From: Deltaproteobacteria bacterium TL4
Lineage (GTDB): Bacteria > SAR324 > NAC60-12
NCBI GenBank assembly: GCA_051382335.1
Contig: JBBCAX010000043.1
Span: forward strand, 1 to 45,421
DNA: 45,421 bases
Direction of reading: 5' to 3'
The notes beneath the pieces are model-generated. The model had not been told where the DNA came from. It did not search any database and worked only from the letters and a program-made list of their open reading frames with translations. The position numbers and the translations under genes were made by a program. This document shows, piece by piece, positions 19,148 to 29,396 of this stretch (positions are counted from its first letter, which is position 1; each line of letters begins with the position of its first letter).

Positions 19148-21061
19148 TTAAGAGTTGTCGTTAGGATAATCCCTGCCAGGAAGGATATCTTCCCGAAGGC
19201 GTTCATCAAACACTTGAAGCAATAAGTCCTGATAATTGATTATTTTTTCAATCCGCTTTCTTAACAGTTCCTCCGAAAGGGGAACTTGCGATGACGTTTC
19301 CATGATTTGTCCCATGACATACTTGAGCGCCCTTTGAGGATGCTGTAACATATAGAGCAAATAGGAAATTCGTTCATTTTCAGGTTTACTTTGATAAATC
19401 CGAATAAAGAGATAAACAATATGAAAATAATTTACTCCTTTACGCATCTGATATAGTGTATATTTTTCAACAGTTTGCAAGTATTTTTGTGTATTGAATT
19501 TTTGTTTTGCCTGTGAGACTTGAGATTGCTGCTGATAATAAAAGTGAATTAAGATAGAGGAAATAAAATAGCTCCAGGCCTTTTTAAAGGCCTCAACAGG
19601 AAATTGTTGCGGGGAGGCTTGCTTTTTAAAACTTTGATTATAATCCAGTAAGGTTTCCAGGGTGAGCAACGTTTGTAGAATTGAAGGTAATCGATAATTT
19701 AAATTGTTTAATAACTGTTTTAACCTCTTGTAATCCACGGTTTCAGGAAATGCGTTATGTTGATTTTGATCGTAAGCTTCAATCCAATGTTTCAAATACA
19801 CAAAGGCTTCAAATATTTTTTGATAAATGGAAGATTCATAATACTTTGTCCATTTTTGAACGGTTTTATGCCATTCGTTCACAGGCAGCGTTTTAGGCAG
19901 AAGTTTCATTAAAACCAAAGGAAAATTTTGTTTTTCCTGCTCCAGCTTAGGGCCAAGCGTCAAACCAGGGACCAGGAAAACGGTTACTTTCCGTTCCTTC
20001 TGAAGTTGTTTGAGATTCAATTGAATCTGTTCATAAAGGGGAGCCAAAATCTCAGGTTCGGCTAAATCTTCCAACTGTGCCGTGACTTCTTCGATAAACC
20101 CTATCAACGCTTTGAGCTCCTGGAGTTTATTGGAGGCGGCTTGAAGGTACTGCTGAAGATTTTCTTTACTGAACAAGGCATAGGCTTTGGTTTCGTGAGG
20201 CAGGATAAAATGGAGGTGAGCATTCAACGCTTCAATCACAGCCACCAGGGCTTCCAAAGAAGATTCCGGATGAAGTCTGAAATGCTCCAGGAATTCCCTG
20301 AAAATCGAGTTAATATCCTGGATTTCCTGTCCCGAGATTGTTTGTTTTTGCCATTTTTCGAGCCACTGGGCAACCAACTCTTTCTTTACCAGGGAATATT
20401 GCTTTTTCAGATTCAGGTGCTGCCGCTTTGCGTAAAGGTTACAATAGTGATTCAATAGATCCGATTTGAACTCATTCCCCAAGATGAGGTTGACCTGATC
20501 CACAATCCCTGTAGAGCGTTGAGTTTCGTTCTGAATCGTGCTTTCCCTGTAAAATTCGAGTGAAAGAATACTTTCATTCAAATAGATGTCCCCCATTAAT
20601 TTGGAAAACAACGTTCGGGTAACATTGATCACCTGTTCCAGACTGTGGAGCTGATCCGGCAGGATCACCGTCACAAGATAAACACCGTAAAGGGCATTAT
20701 ACTGAATTTTAGAGGCAGGCAAAGGAACACTGGCAGGAAATGGCCTGTTTATTTCGTTTTCATAACTCGCTTTGTCCTGAAACCGAATGTAGTGCTCCGT
20801 GCCGCGAAGTTTAAGGTGATGTCCTTGCGCAAATTTAAGGATATGGGGAATCAATCGTTCAAGAATCAGAACCACTTTGGGGGGAAGTTTTTCCGAAAAC
20901 CTTAGATTTTTAACCACATACTCCGCATCCTCGGAGAGGTTCACTTTTTCGAGATCATGTTTTAATATTTCCGTCGCTAAAAGGGCCGAATTGAACTCAC
21001 CAAAGCGGTCGGAGAGGAAATCATCCTCTGGACTGTGTTCCTGTTTTCTATCGAACGGCAT
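19148..21061 (-). CDS. Hypothetical helical protein (637 aa)
   Basis: Long uninterrupted ORF, co-oriented and 14 bp upstream of the globin start; no motif recognised. Confidence 0.75.
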   Translation of the reverse strand: MPFDRKQEHSPEDDFLSDRFGEFNSALLATEILKHDLEKVNLSEDAEYVVKNLRFSEKLPPKVVLILERLIPHILKFAQGHHLKLRGTEHYIRFQDKASYENEINRPFPASVPLPASKIQYNALYGVYLVTVILPDQLHSLEQVINVTRTLFSKLMGDIYLNESILSLEFYRESTIQNETQRSTGIVDQVNLILGNEFKSDLLNHYCNLYAKRQHLNLKKQYSLVKKELVAQWLEKWQKQTISGQEIQDINSIFREFLEHFRLHPESSLEALVAVIEALNAHLHFILPHETKAYALFSKENLQQYLQAASNKLQELKALIGFIEEVTAQLEDLAEPEILAPLYEQIQLNLKQLQKERKVTVFLVPGLTLGPKLEQEKQNFPLVLMKLLPKTLPVNEWHKTVQKWTKYYESSIYQKIFEAFVYLKHWIEAYDQNQHNAFPETVDYKRLKQLLNNLNYRLPSILQTLLTLETLLDYNQSFKKQASPQQFPVEAFKKAWSYFISSILIHFYYQQQSQVSQAKQKFNTQKYLQTVEKYTLYQMRKGVNYFHIVYLFIRIYQSKPENERISYLLYMLQHPQRALKYVMGQIMETSSQVPLSEELLRKRIEKIINYQDLLLQVFDERLREDILPGRDYPNDNS

Positions 21062-21104
21062 TGCTAAACCAGATATATGGTTTAACTGGAAGTGATTTTA
21101 TAGA

Positions 21105-21138
21105 CTGATTAACAAAAACTTGAGTTTTTGTTAATCAG
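21105..21138. terminator. Perfect 16-bp inverted repeat (terminator or protein-binding site)
   Basis: CTGATTAACAAAAACT-TG-AGTTTTTGTTAATCAG, 19 bp downstream of the 75-aa gene stop. Confidence 0.5.
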
Positions 21139-21156
21139 AGTTACTTATTCTATTAA

Positions 21157-21384
21157 TCAATGTTTGCGAACAGTAGCAATCTCACACTCGGATTGACGTA
21201 AATCGTGAAAGTTTTCAAGTGAATTTTTCAAATCAATCAATTCATAGAACGAAATATTACTCAAATTGATGCCTGGGTGACGACGTCTGACATAAGACCA
21301 TAAATTTAGGTAGTTTTCTTCTTTCTCACGGTCTGATTGGTCATGGGATGAGTAATCATTGAGCCGTTTATGATTGCTGTTCAT
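21157..21384 (-). CDS. Small hypothetical protein (75 aa)
   Basis: ATG preceded by AGAGG; fills the intergenic space; followed by a hairpin. Confidence 0.55.
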   Translation of the reverse strand: MNSNHKRLNDYSSHDQSDREKEENYLNLWSYVRRRHPGINLSNISFYELIDLKNSLENFHDLRQSECEIATVRKH

Positions 21385-21644
21385 AAGAGCCTCTAAGGTT
21401 TAAAAACACCAAATCTCAGGGGTTGGAATTTTTTACCCCCTAAAATCCGGCAATAATTGTTCTGTCAATGAAATAAAATTACAAGCAATATTTTTGCCGT
21501 TTGCCGTGATTTTGAAAATAAAAACTCATTATTCTAAAAAAAGCTTTTAACATTAACAAGTAAGAGGATACAATCAGTTAAGACCTCATAATGATAAAAA
21601 AAGCTGAATTCTCATTTCTCATCAACATTCTCTGGAGTCAGGTC

Positions 21645-22553
21645 GTGCAAACTCAACATTGTGGATTTATTGGCTTATTGGGACGTCCCAATGTCGGAAA
21701 ATCCACCCTACTGAATCATCTGATTGGTCAAAAAATATCAATCACCAGTCACAAGCCGCAAACCACACGGAACCGTATTTTAGGGATCAAAACGCAAGAT
21801 CAGTCCCAAATGATTTTTATTGATACACCCGGTATTCACGATTCTTCAAAACTGCTCAATCAGCGGATTGTCCATTATGCCCAGAATACTTTACGAGATT
21901 CAGATCTGAATGTAGTCCTTATTGAGCCTGTCCCCACCAATCATTCGAAACTCCCGCAAGGCGATCAACAGATCCTGACCTTACTGGCAGAACAATTGGA
22001 TCGAACGCTGATTGTGATCAACAAAATAGATACCGCTGCCAAGGATTCTTTAATGCATACCCTAGACCTTTGTAGCAAACTGGGGCCTTTTGCTGAAATT
22101 GTGCCGGTTTCTGCCCTTAAAGATAATAATTTGGACAAATTATTGAAATTATTGATGGCCTATCTTCCTGAAAATCCATTCTACTTTGAAGAAGATCAAG
22201 TGACCGATTCCTCAGAGCGTTTCTTGGCTGGAGAATTTATCAGAGAGGAATTATTTCGTAGACTTGATCAGGAGCTTCCCTATGCGACCGCGGTCGAAGT
22301 TGAATCGTTTCAGGAAACAACAAAGTGTGTTAAAATTCACAGTTTGATTTATGTCGAGCGTGATTCACAAAAAGGGATTGTGATTGGCAAAAATGGAGAA
22401 AGTCTCAAACAAATTGGTACGAACGCAAGGAAAAAAATTGAACGGTTACTCGGCAAATCTGTCTATTTATCAATCCAGGTGAAGTTGTTAAAAAAGTGGA
22501 GTTCCAATCCTCAGCATCTTGATGCCTTAGGTTTGCAAGAAGAACATCAGTGA
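21645..22553 (+). CDS. era: GTPase Era
   Basis: GRPNVGKST, PQTTR, DTPG, NKID, KH motif GIVIGKNG; GTG start after GGAG. Confidence 0.96.
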   Translation: MQTQHCGFIGLLGRPNVGKSTLLNHLIGQKISITSHKPQTTRNRILGIKTQDQSQMIFIDTPGIHDSSKLLNQRIVHYAQNTLRDSDLNVVLIEPVPTNHSKLPQGDQQILTLLAEQLDRTLIVINKIDTAAKDSLMHTLDLCSKLGPFAEIVPVSALKDNNLDKLLKLLMAYLPENPFYFEEDQVTDSSERFLAGEFIREELFRRLDQELPYATAVEVESFQETTKCVKIHSLIYVERDSQKGIVIGKNGESLKQIGTNARKKIERLLGKSVYLSIQVKLLKKWSSNPQHLDALGLQEEHQ

Positions 22554-22569
22554 AAACAATACAGGGAGC

Positions 22570-24153
22570 ATGAGCACAAAGAAAATCATCTTAACCAGCG
22601 CAGGATATAGTGTTCTGATTGGGACAGCGTCTATGATTGACTTGGAACTGGGTATTGGTGTGGGTGCTTTGGTAGGGTTATTTCATAGCATGACTTCCAT
22701 TCTTAGACAAAATAGTGAAGTGATTGTGCTTGAAGACAGTGAGTCCAAAACAGGCGTTACGCAAAAAAAGGCAAAGCAAACCGTGGAGAGAAAAGCAGCA
22801 AAAAATGCCATTTCAGGGGAAAAAACCTCACAGAAAGAAGTGGGGCTTGATCGCAGCGTCTTCGCTCAATTTCAGAACAATCTTAATAAAAATTTAAAAG
22901 AACAAAAACCGGCAAAGACCGAAGCTCAAAAAAGCGTTCCCAACACCACAGCCCAAAAGAGTCCTAACCCGGACCCAGCAAGCTCAGCCAAGGCCTTATC
23001 TTCAAAACCGCCCAGGCGGGATAAAGAAAAGCTGTCACCAACTCAACCGCAGCCTCTTCTCAATAAAACCCAATTGCCGACAGCCAAAACAGAGGGTGCT
23101 CCTAAAAAACAAGTTCAAAAAGAGAAACAAGAGGTTGCTCCAACCCAAGATTCCCTTTTTGAACAACTGCTGAATGAAGAGAACGTTAAAGAACCCCTGG
23201 TTCCCAAAGATAAGGTCACGATCAGTCAAAAAACTTTAGTCAAAGCCAAAGAGCCAAACGCTGAGCAGGTCCCATCTCCCAATCCTGCCAGTACGTCCTC
23301 CAAAGCTACAATAAAACCCGCACCTCCCGCACCTAAAAAACTCCCGGGGACAAAAACCCCAGAAGAGTTACTTCAGGAACTGGTCCGTTCTTCAGAAGCC
23401 ATGGAAATGGAGGATTTATTTGCTGATGTCCGAATACCGCTTTCAGCGGAATATTCCCGAAAGGAACCCTACGCCTCAGAAAGAGAAGCAGGGGAAGATT
23501 GGTTTGACGAAGGTTTAGGTGCCGCACTCGATAACAGAATGTCCAAGGATGAACAGCTAGCCGAAGCCCAGGCTTTACAGAAAATGGCAGAAACAGCCTT
23601 TATGAAACAACATTGGGATGGCGCAAGAGCCAGTATGGACAACTGCCTTACCATCCTGAAAGACTTGAAGCAAGACCCCGACTGGGAGAGTTTGTTTCTT
23701 TATACGAAAATCTGTGTTAAGCAAGGAGACCTGGCCGGTGCAAAAACCAGGCTCCCCCAATTAATGAGTCAGGGGCTGCAACCTCAACATCCTGATTATG
23801 TTTCGGTTATGGAAGAATTAGCTTCAGCGTTGGAGGAAAATGGCGCTTTTGAGGAGGCCTTGCCCATCCTGCAGGATTTGCTCAAATATTATCGGCAACA
23901 ACTGGATCGAATCCGTATGGATCGCATTTATGAACGGATTGAGTCCGCTTTTGAACAACTGGGAGAAGATGAACGTCTGATTCGCAGTTATAAAAATCAC
24001 TTGGAAATTAAAAGAGTATTGAACGATCCTGATGGAGAAAGTCGCTTGCTGGATCTCATCGGGAACCGGTATTATAAAATGGGGGAAAAAGAATTATCCC
24101 GTCAGTTTTACGAAGATAATTTGAAACTCAAATCAGCGATGGAAAAAATTTAG
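22570..24153 (+). CDS. Membrane-anchored protein with disordered P/K/Q-rich linker and C-terminal TPR-like helices
   Basis: RBS GGGAG; hydrophobic N-terminus; low-complexity middle; TPR-like ends (LLDLIGNRYYKMGE...FYE..L). Confidence 0.75.
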   Translation: MSTKKIILTSAGYSVLIGTASMIDLELGIGVGALVGLFHSMTSILRQNSEVIVLEDSESKTGVTQKKAKQTVERKAAKNAISGEKTSQKEVGLDRSVFAQFQNNLNKNLKEQKPAKTEAQKSVPNTTAQKSPNPDPASSAKALSSKPPRRDKEKLSPTQPQPLLNKTQLPTAKTEGAPKKQVQKEKQEVAPTQDSLFEQLLNEENVKEPLVPKDKVTISQKTLVKAKEPNAEQVPSPNPASTSSKATIKPAPPAPKKLPGTKTPEELLQELVRSSEAMEMEDLFADVRIPLSAEYSRKEPYASEREAGEDWFDEGLGAALDNRMSKDEQLAEAQALQKMAETAFMKQHWDGARASMDNCLTILKDLKQDPDWESLFLYTKICVKQGDLAGAKTRLPQLMSQGLQPQHPDYVSVMEELASALEENGAFEEALPILQDLLKYYRQQLDRIRMDRIYERIESAFEQLGEDERLIRSYKNHLEIKRVLNDPDGESRLLDLIGNRYYKMGEKELSRQFYEDNLKLKSAMEKI

Positions 24154-24177
24154 ACGCGCTGTGGACTGACAAGTGAG

Positions 24178-24558
24178 TTAAAAGGTACAGCCCAGGGGGA
24201 CGGATGAGTTACTGAGATTGTAACCAAAATTGATAGCTTCAAATTGAAGTTCCGATAACAAGCGGCAGCTTCTCGTTCTGCGTTCCCGAACCACATAGTA
24301 CTCTGTAATACGAGGAGAGGTTGCCACTTCAAGTTCGGAAAAGATATCGATTGCAGAGACAATATGTTCTTCGGCCAACTTTAAATACCGGGGTTGACGA
24401 TCTCGACGCCAACTATCAAAATAGCTTAGAGTCCAACCGACATGACGATCGCCATACTGTAACCGTGACAAAAAAGAGGGAACTGGAAAGACATCAGAAC
24501 AGCCTGCAATCACTGTCATCAATAACAAAATAGCTGATATTTTATGAAAAACATGAGT
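24178..24558 (-). CDS. Putative lipoprotein, unknown function
   Basis: Signal peptide ILLLMTVIAGC with lipobox; start uncertain (24582 or 24558). Confidence 0.65.
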   Translation of the reverse strand, partial: THVFHKISAILLLMTVIAGCSDVFPVPSFLSRLQYGDRHVGWTLSYFDSWRRDRQPRYLKLAEEHIVSAIDIFSELEVATSPRITEYYVVRERRTRSCRLLSELQFEAINFGYNLSNSSVPLGCTF

Positions 24559-24681
24559 CATTTTCACCACAATATCTCCCAAAGCTCCTCAACACATGAG
24601 CGTAGGTTAAAACCCTTTGATTTTTCAAAAAGACTTAGTGTTTCTATCGTCATTTTTTTTAAAAACTTGAGGCACCTTCGT

Positions 24682-24846
24682 GTGTTTTTCAAGCAACTCT
24701 GTCTTTCCAAAGGGCAGAGGCTTCAGTTAATAGGGATACTTCTCATAACGTGCCTGACCCTAAGCGCCTGCGGTGGAAGTGGTGTTTTTTACAAGTGGTG
24801 TAAAAAACGGGACTTCACCCCAAGGCTATGTGAAAAATATTTCTAG
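24682..24846 (+). CDS. Putative small (54 aa) lipoprotein
   Basis: GAGG 9 nt before GTG; hydrophobic stretch ending in lipobox LSAC; short mature peptide with two further Cys. Confidence 0.4.
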   Translation: MFFKQLCLSKGQRLQLIGILLITCLTLSACGGSGVFYKWCKKRDFTPRLCEKYF

Positions 24847-24882
24847 TGAGCGATCCCTGCGCTTTCAGTGCTAAAGGCCAGT

Positions 24883-27368
24883 CTAATTGGGAAGCCATTT
24901 TTGATGAATTTGGATGAAGGGTTTAATTTTATCTAAATAGTTTTCCAACCCGTCATACTTGACTTCACTGATTTGATGTTCCATTTCTTCACGAAACACT
25001 TGATGTGCCCTGGCTTGCCACTCTTCTTTGACTTTGCCTAAAAGTTGCCCCCCTTTTTTTATAAATTCAGGATCTCTGGTATGAAAGTACGCTCGGAAAG
25101 AATGCAGGGCAACCTTCATGGACGGATGCTGATCACTGACTTTTAAAAATTGACTAAAGGTCGTTCTGAATGCTTTTTGCGAATCAACGGAAGATTGCGA
25201 ATTCAGATCAAACAGCAGCAAACTTAAATCGATCAATGAGCGAAAACACTCTACTGGGGGTACAGGTGACGGTTCCTCAACACGTTTCAATATTTCCGTC
25301 ATAAGAACAACGGGTTCATGCCCCAACTCAATAATTTTCTGAACCGAGGTGTGAAGAACATTGTATTTGATTTCATCTTCATTTTTGATGGTGAGCGTGT
25401 CTCGAGTCATAAAATTATAAAAATTTTCTCCAATCCGAGCCTGAGGCACATAGGCACTGATCAGGTCAAGCAACAACTGAAGGGCTTCGCCTCTTTGTTC
25501 TTCAGTCAGCTTATGACGATCAAGAAATCTTATTTTTTTGGCAAAGTCCCTTTCGGCAATAAATTGCATTTCCTTGCTTGTTTCATGGAGACGAAAGTGC
25601 TGATGAGCTTCGATAGTGATCCGAATTGTATCCAACAAGGGATTGGGCAGGCCATCAACGCATTTTACAAAAGCGGCAATGGTGTCTTTTTCCGTTATTA
25701 ACGAATCCAGGTGACGTCCCTTTGTAACCTCAATGCCAATGACGAGGAAAGACCGTCCTGCTCCAGAGCCTGAGTCATTTCCTTCAATAACTGATTTTTT
25801 TCAGCGGGATCGTAAGGATTGTAACTCAACCGGGTTTTGTGAAGGTGAGGCCAAACAGACCAGACCGCCTCAAATTGCTCTGGAGAAGACATCGTGTCAT
25901 GGGTGCCGTGGATTTCAAGAATGGGAATATTCGCGGGAATCCGGTAAAAGTTTTCACTGTAGTTAATGTGTGCATATTTCGACTTGATTTCAATGGCTTT
26001 TTTTTCTTCAGGCTCAAAATCGGTTTCGATCCATCCTGACGGCCAATCAAATTGAAATGAGGTGATGTTGCCGCCTTTATCGGTCATATTTTCTATATGT
26101 TCAAACAAAAGATAAGGAGGATTCTTCACCGCAGAGGATGTCGTTTTTTTTAATATTTTTAAATCTAATGAAAAGGGGTTAAGGACTTCATGCAATTTAG
26201 CAACTTTACTCAGCAAAGGACTCTCGGTGATGTTCATAACATCCTGAAATTTATCGATAAAATCAGGTACATCCCATTGCATTAATTTCATTCCAAAGGG
26301 AACTTTCTGCACCAGTTTGAAGAGTTCCGCATAAGGCAGGAGCCCTTTTTTTGCCAGCATTTTTAGCGGTTTTCCCATTTGAATCAGTATATTTCCGCGA
26401 AGTTTTTGAAAATCAAGCGGGGGACTGATCAAAAACAGGGCTTTAATAGAAATCACAAATCGGGGCCGATGCAGGGTATCCAGAATGGTTTTAATAATCG
26501 AAAGAATCCCGCCAATGCTATGTCCGCCCAAAATCACTTGCTTGGAATGACTCTTTTCCCGCGCAAAATCAACTAAAGTCGTCACCAGGTATTCCGCATA
26601 AACATCCAAATTCGCATTGTTATCCTTGCGGTCATGATCCAGTATGAAAACACGACTCCCCTGTTGCGCAAGATGATAATCAATACTTTCGTTTCCTTCG
26701 AGATGAAAGTGATAATAACTCCCCGTAAACCCATGAAGCAGGCAAATCGGCGTGGGATTCGAAATCCGTTTCGGGAGGATTTCCCATATTTTGATGGAAC
26801 GATTTCCTTCCCAAATAATGCGATGGATTTTGACAAAGGCGATACCGTCAGGCAACGCGGTACCCTCAGGGTGACTGGACGCATGCGTTTCGGTGTTCAC
26901 TGATTTGATAAAGAACTTATCCACCTGAAGGCGATCTTTGTAAAGAATGCCGGAACGTGGAATCGCCTGAACCAGGTTTTCCAGCATTTCCATGTTGGAT
27001 TGCTGCCTGAGATGTAAGGGGATTTCGTGAAAATTAGGGTGAATCCCTATCAGCCTTAAGACTTCCCATAAATCAGTCTTTGATTTTAAATAGAAACGAC
27101 CATTTTCAAAAACAAGGAACGCACTCTCAGCGTCCTTTTGTTCCGTCTCCATTTGGTAGAAATACCGTTTGTGCAGGTATCGATAGATTTTGTCGATCGT
27201 GTATTGCGGATGCCGATTTTCCGCAACAGTAATCACTCTGTGAAAATTATTTCCGGTTTTTGAAGAACCTGCAATCAACAACTGATAGATTCTTCTTGAT
27301 AATTCCCTGATCAGCATCCCTCTGGATTTATCAGAGCTATAAGTAGGCTTGGCGTCGTTTTTATTCAT
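24883..27368 (-). pseudogene. Alpha/beta-hydrolase-fold protein (~828 aa) split by a 1-nt frameshift near 25748
   Basis: LLHGF, nucleophile GHSIGG, HGTHD in the upstream ORF; the shifted frame continues LVIGIEVTKGRHLD (candidate catalytic His) without stops into the 24883-25638 ORF. Confidence 0.75.
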
Positions 27369-27584
27369 GTTTGCTTTGAAGTAAGAGGTGAATCATCTTG
27401 AATGACCAAAAGAACGGTTGAAGAAACATCCAATTTAACAGAAGCTAAAATCTCGCTGGTGTTTGAATGATGACTTCAAAAATGAAACGCAATCAAAACA
27501 GAATATCCTATTCATATCGCAAGACGGTATTCAAGTCAAAACTCTTTCGGGTATCCACGCTTTGGCGGGACAGACCTTAAAACA

Positions 27585-27782
27585 TAAGGGCACTTCCTTA
27601 AGAAAAAAAAATAGAAAAAACAATATGTTATTGAAATGGACGCTAAATTGGCTATATTGTAATGGCACTTCCTTAAGCCGATTTTTTAACTCCTTACGGG
27701 CTGTCTTTCTTGGCTTTTTGAGTCTGGGATAGGGTTTAGGTCTTCGTTTGACGGCTCTAGGTTCGGAACGGCCTGGAACGAA
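27585..27782 (-). mobile_element. IS4-family remnant: transposase C-terminus plus two copies of the terminal repeat
   Basis: PGRSEPRAVKRRPKPYPRL C-terminal motif; TAATGGCACTTCCTTAAG at 27660-27677 and TAAGGGCACTTCCTTAAG at 27585-27602. Confidence 0.75.
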
Positions 27783-27874
27783 CACAGACAAAATAACGTT
27801 TTGTGTTTTGAGCTTCAGCGATACTTGGTCAGGGCAACCTTTGAGCCTTAGGGGTTCTGCCAAGAAGTCGGCTT

Positions 27875-28029
27875 TGACCTTGATTCTAATTCGTTTGGTA
27901 GTTACGATTACGTTTGCAATTATCAAAGAAAAGGCTCAATACAACAAACAGTGATTGAGCTAATTGACAACACCTTGCTCCTCAGACGGTTCTTCCACGC
28001 GGAGATCTCTTCTGCGGAGTCCGGTTCCA
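27875..28029 (+). pseudogene. Possible 3' fragment of a cassette ORF reading into the attC R'' site
   Basis: Open frame DLDSNSFGSYDYVCNYQRKGSIQQTVIELIDNTLLLRRFFHAEISSAESGS ending at TTCCA(AC); no start identified. Confidence 0.3.
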
Positions 28030-28956
28030 ATCGGGTAGGTAGCGGTTTTTCTCCGCCACCTCCCACACCACCGTACATGCGGCTGAAGCCTACGGCGGTT
28101 CGTAGAAATCATCGCGCTGTCGCGGGATAGTGACCCTTGAGCCAAAGTTGTCTGATAGAAACAAGTCCCTGTTTTTGGAGATAGAGATGGGTCAGTCCCC
28201 TATTGGTTGAAAGAGTCTTGGAGAGTTTCCAAGATCCTTTCCGACTGAGACCCACCCTAATGGCTTGTCGCTTGGGAACCTTGCAGACTGGATGTTCCTC
28301 GTTGAGAGAACATCCGCTAAGGTACAAATCGGAAATGAAGACGGTTTGATTATGGGTCGGGAAAGCGCTCCTCCGGTCGAATTCAATACGTTCCTTTCAA
28401 CTAATCAAGGTCATAACATTCCTTTCTACGTTCAGCCCTTCACAGTGTCCTGCCCATTACGGCAGGCGTTTGGCACCTACGGCTTCTGCTGACTTCTGTC
28501 CAGTCACCTCGTGAGTTGCCCCATGAGGCGCTGAGTGATTTCAAAACAAGGGGAGTGCTCCGTTTCCGGTCTTCCAGTCTTCTTTGAAGAACCAGACCGC
28601 TCGCTGGACAGATCTCCCCAGATAAGAACGTGATCTTTCATGACACTGCCGCCGCGTTTACCCTATCCCCCAAGCCACAGGATTTCATTATGTTGTGCTA
28701 ACTCATCCCAGGGAAGTGAGCCTTCTATGCGATTTCTGTCCTTCGGCTCGTCAGTTTGCTCCGGGCTTCCTTCAGACGAGCCCTCACGGTTTCGCCCTTG
28801 CCTTTCGCTAATAGTTCATGGTAGGAACACGGTTTGTTTGCTGTTTGCTGGCTGGTTTCCCGCCAGTGCCGCATGATTGGTTCCATAGTATTGAAAGCCA
28901 GTGGCTTTCCTACAGGGGACTTGCACCCCATTAGATCACGCCCATGCTGGGCGTAC
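28030..28956 (-). mobile_element. Group II intron (class C, IIC-attC type) with internally deleted reverse transcriptase ORF
   Basis: 5' end GTACGCCCAGCATGGGCGTG; domain V GAACCGCCGTAG...CATGTACGGTGGT (CGC triad); domain VI ending CTACCCGAT; RT N-terminal stub (VLSTRNIQSA) joined to X-domain end (GLSRKGSWKLS...HYPATAR). Confidence 0.88.
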
Positions 28957-29075
28957 CAAGGCGGTGCAGTGGATTGGCGGGGGTACGGTTTTGCCGAAAA
29001 TCTCAATAGTTTTTCCGTGTGTGCCGTTTTCAAAAGTCAGTGATCCCCCGCCAACCACTGACCTTTGCGTTCAAA
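28957..29075 (+). other. Integron attC site (R'' end split off by the intron)
   Basis: Arms GGT(G)CAGTGG(A)TTGGCGGGGG and CCCCCGCCAACCACTGACC pair perfectly apart from two extrahelical bases (28966, 28973); 5-nt spacers AAGGC and TTTGC; R' GTT at 29069. Confidence 0.85.
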
Positions 29076-29124
29076 AACATCGCCTCACAATCAGAACTTC
29101 CTCTTGCGTTTCCCTGAAACAATC

Positions 29125-29143
29125 TGTACAAATAATTTGTACA
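29125..29143. promoter_or_regulatory. Palindromic operator of the TA operon
   Basis: TGTACAAAT-A-ATTTGTACA just upstream of the antitoxin RBS AGGAG; TTGCGT at 29104 may be the -35 box. Confidence 0.6.
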
Positions 29144-29165
29144 TTAATATTTTAGGAGAGGAAAT

Positions 29166-29396
29166 ATGGAAAAAATAGCAGTGAGTGAATTTAGAGCAAA
29201 TTTAGTAGGCTTCCTCAAAAGAGTTGAGCGAGGTGAAATAATAACATTAACCTCAAGAGGCCAAGAAGTTGCTAAAATTGTTCCTCCTGATAACAAGATG
29301 GAGAGTGCTAGAGATGCTCTTAAAAAATTACAAAAAACAGCGGTTATCGGTGATATATTATCTCCTATAGAAGACGAGTGGGAGGTAATGAAGTGA
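29166..29396 (+). CDS. Phd/YefM-family antitoxin
   Basis: VSEFRANLVGFLKRVERGEIITLTSRGQEVAKIVP matches the Phd/YefM pattern; GTGA overlap with the toxin. Confidence 0.9.
   Translation: MEKIAVSEFRANLVGFLKRVERGEIITLTSRGQEVAKIVPPDNKMESARDALKKLQKTAVIGDILSPIEDEWEVMK

Noticed and set aside
27463..27954. ORFs 27463-27732 (+), 27531-27926 (-) and 27748-27954 (+) as real genes
   Set aside because: They read across IS ends and junctions; only the IS4 C-terminal motif is meaningful
28109..28386. Functional reverse transcriptase, retron or DGR
   Set aside because: No YADD-type catalytic motif; only terminal stubs of a group II intron IEP remain
28640..29155. ORFs overlapping intron domains I-III and the attC
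   Set aside because: Region is explained by structured RNA/DNA; the peptides have no recognisable features
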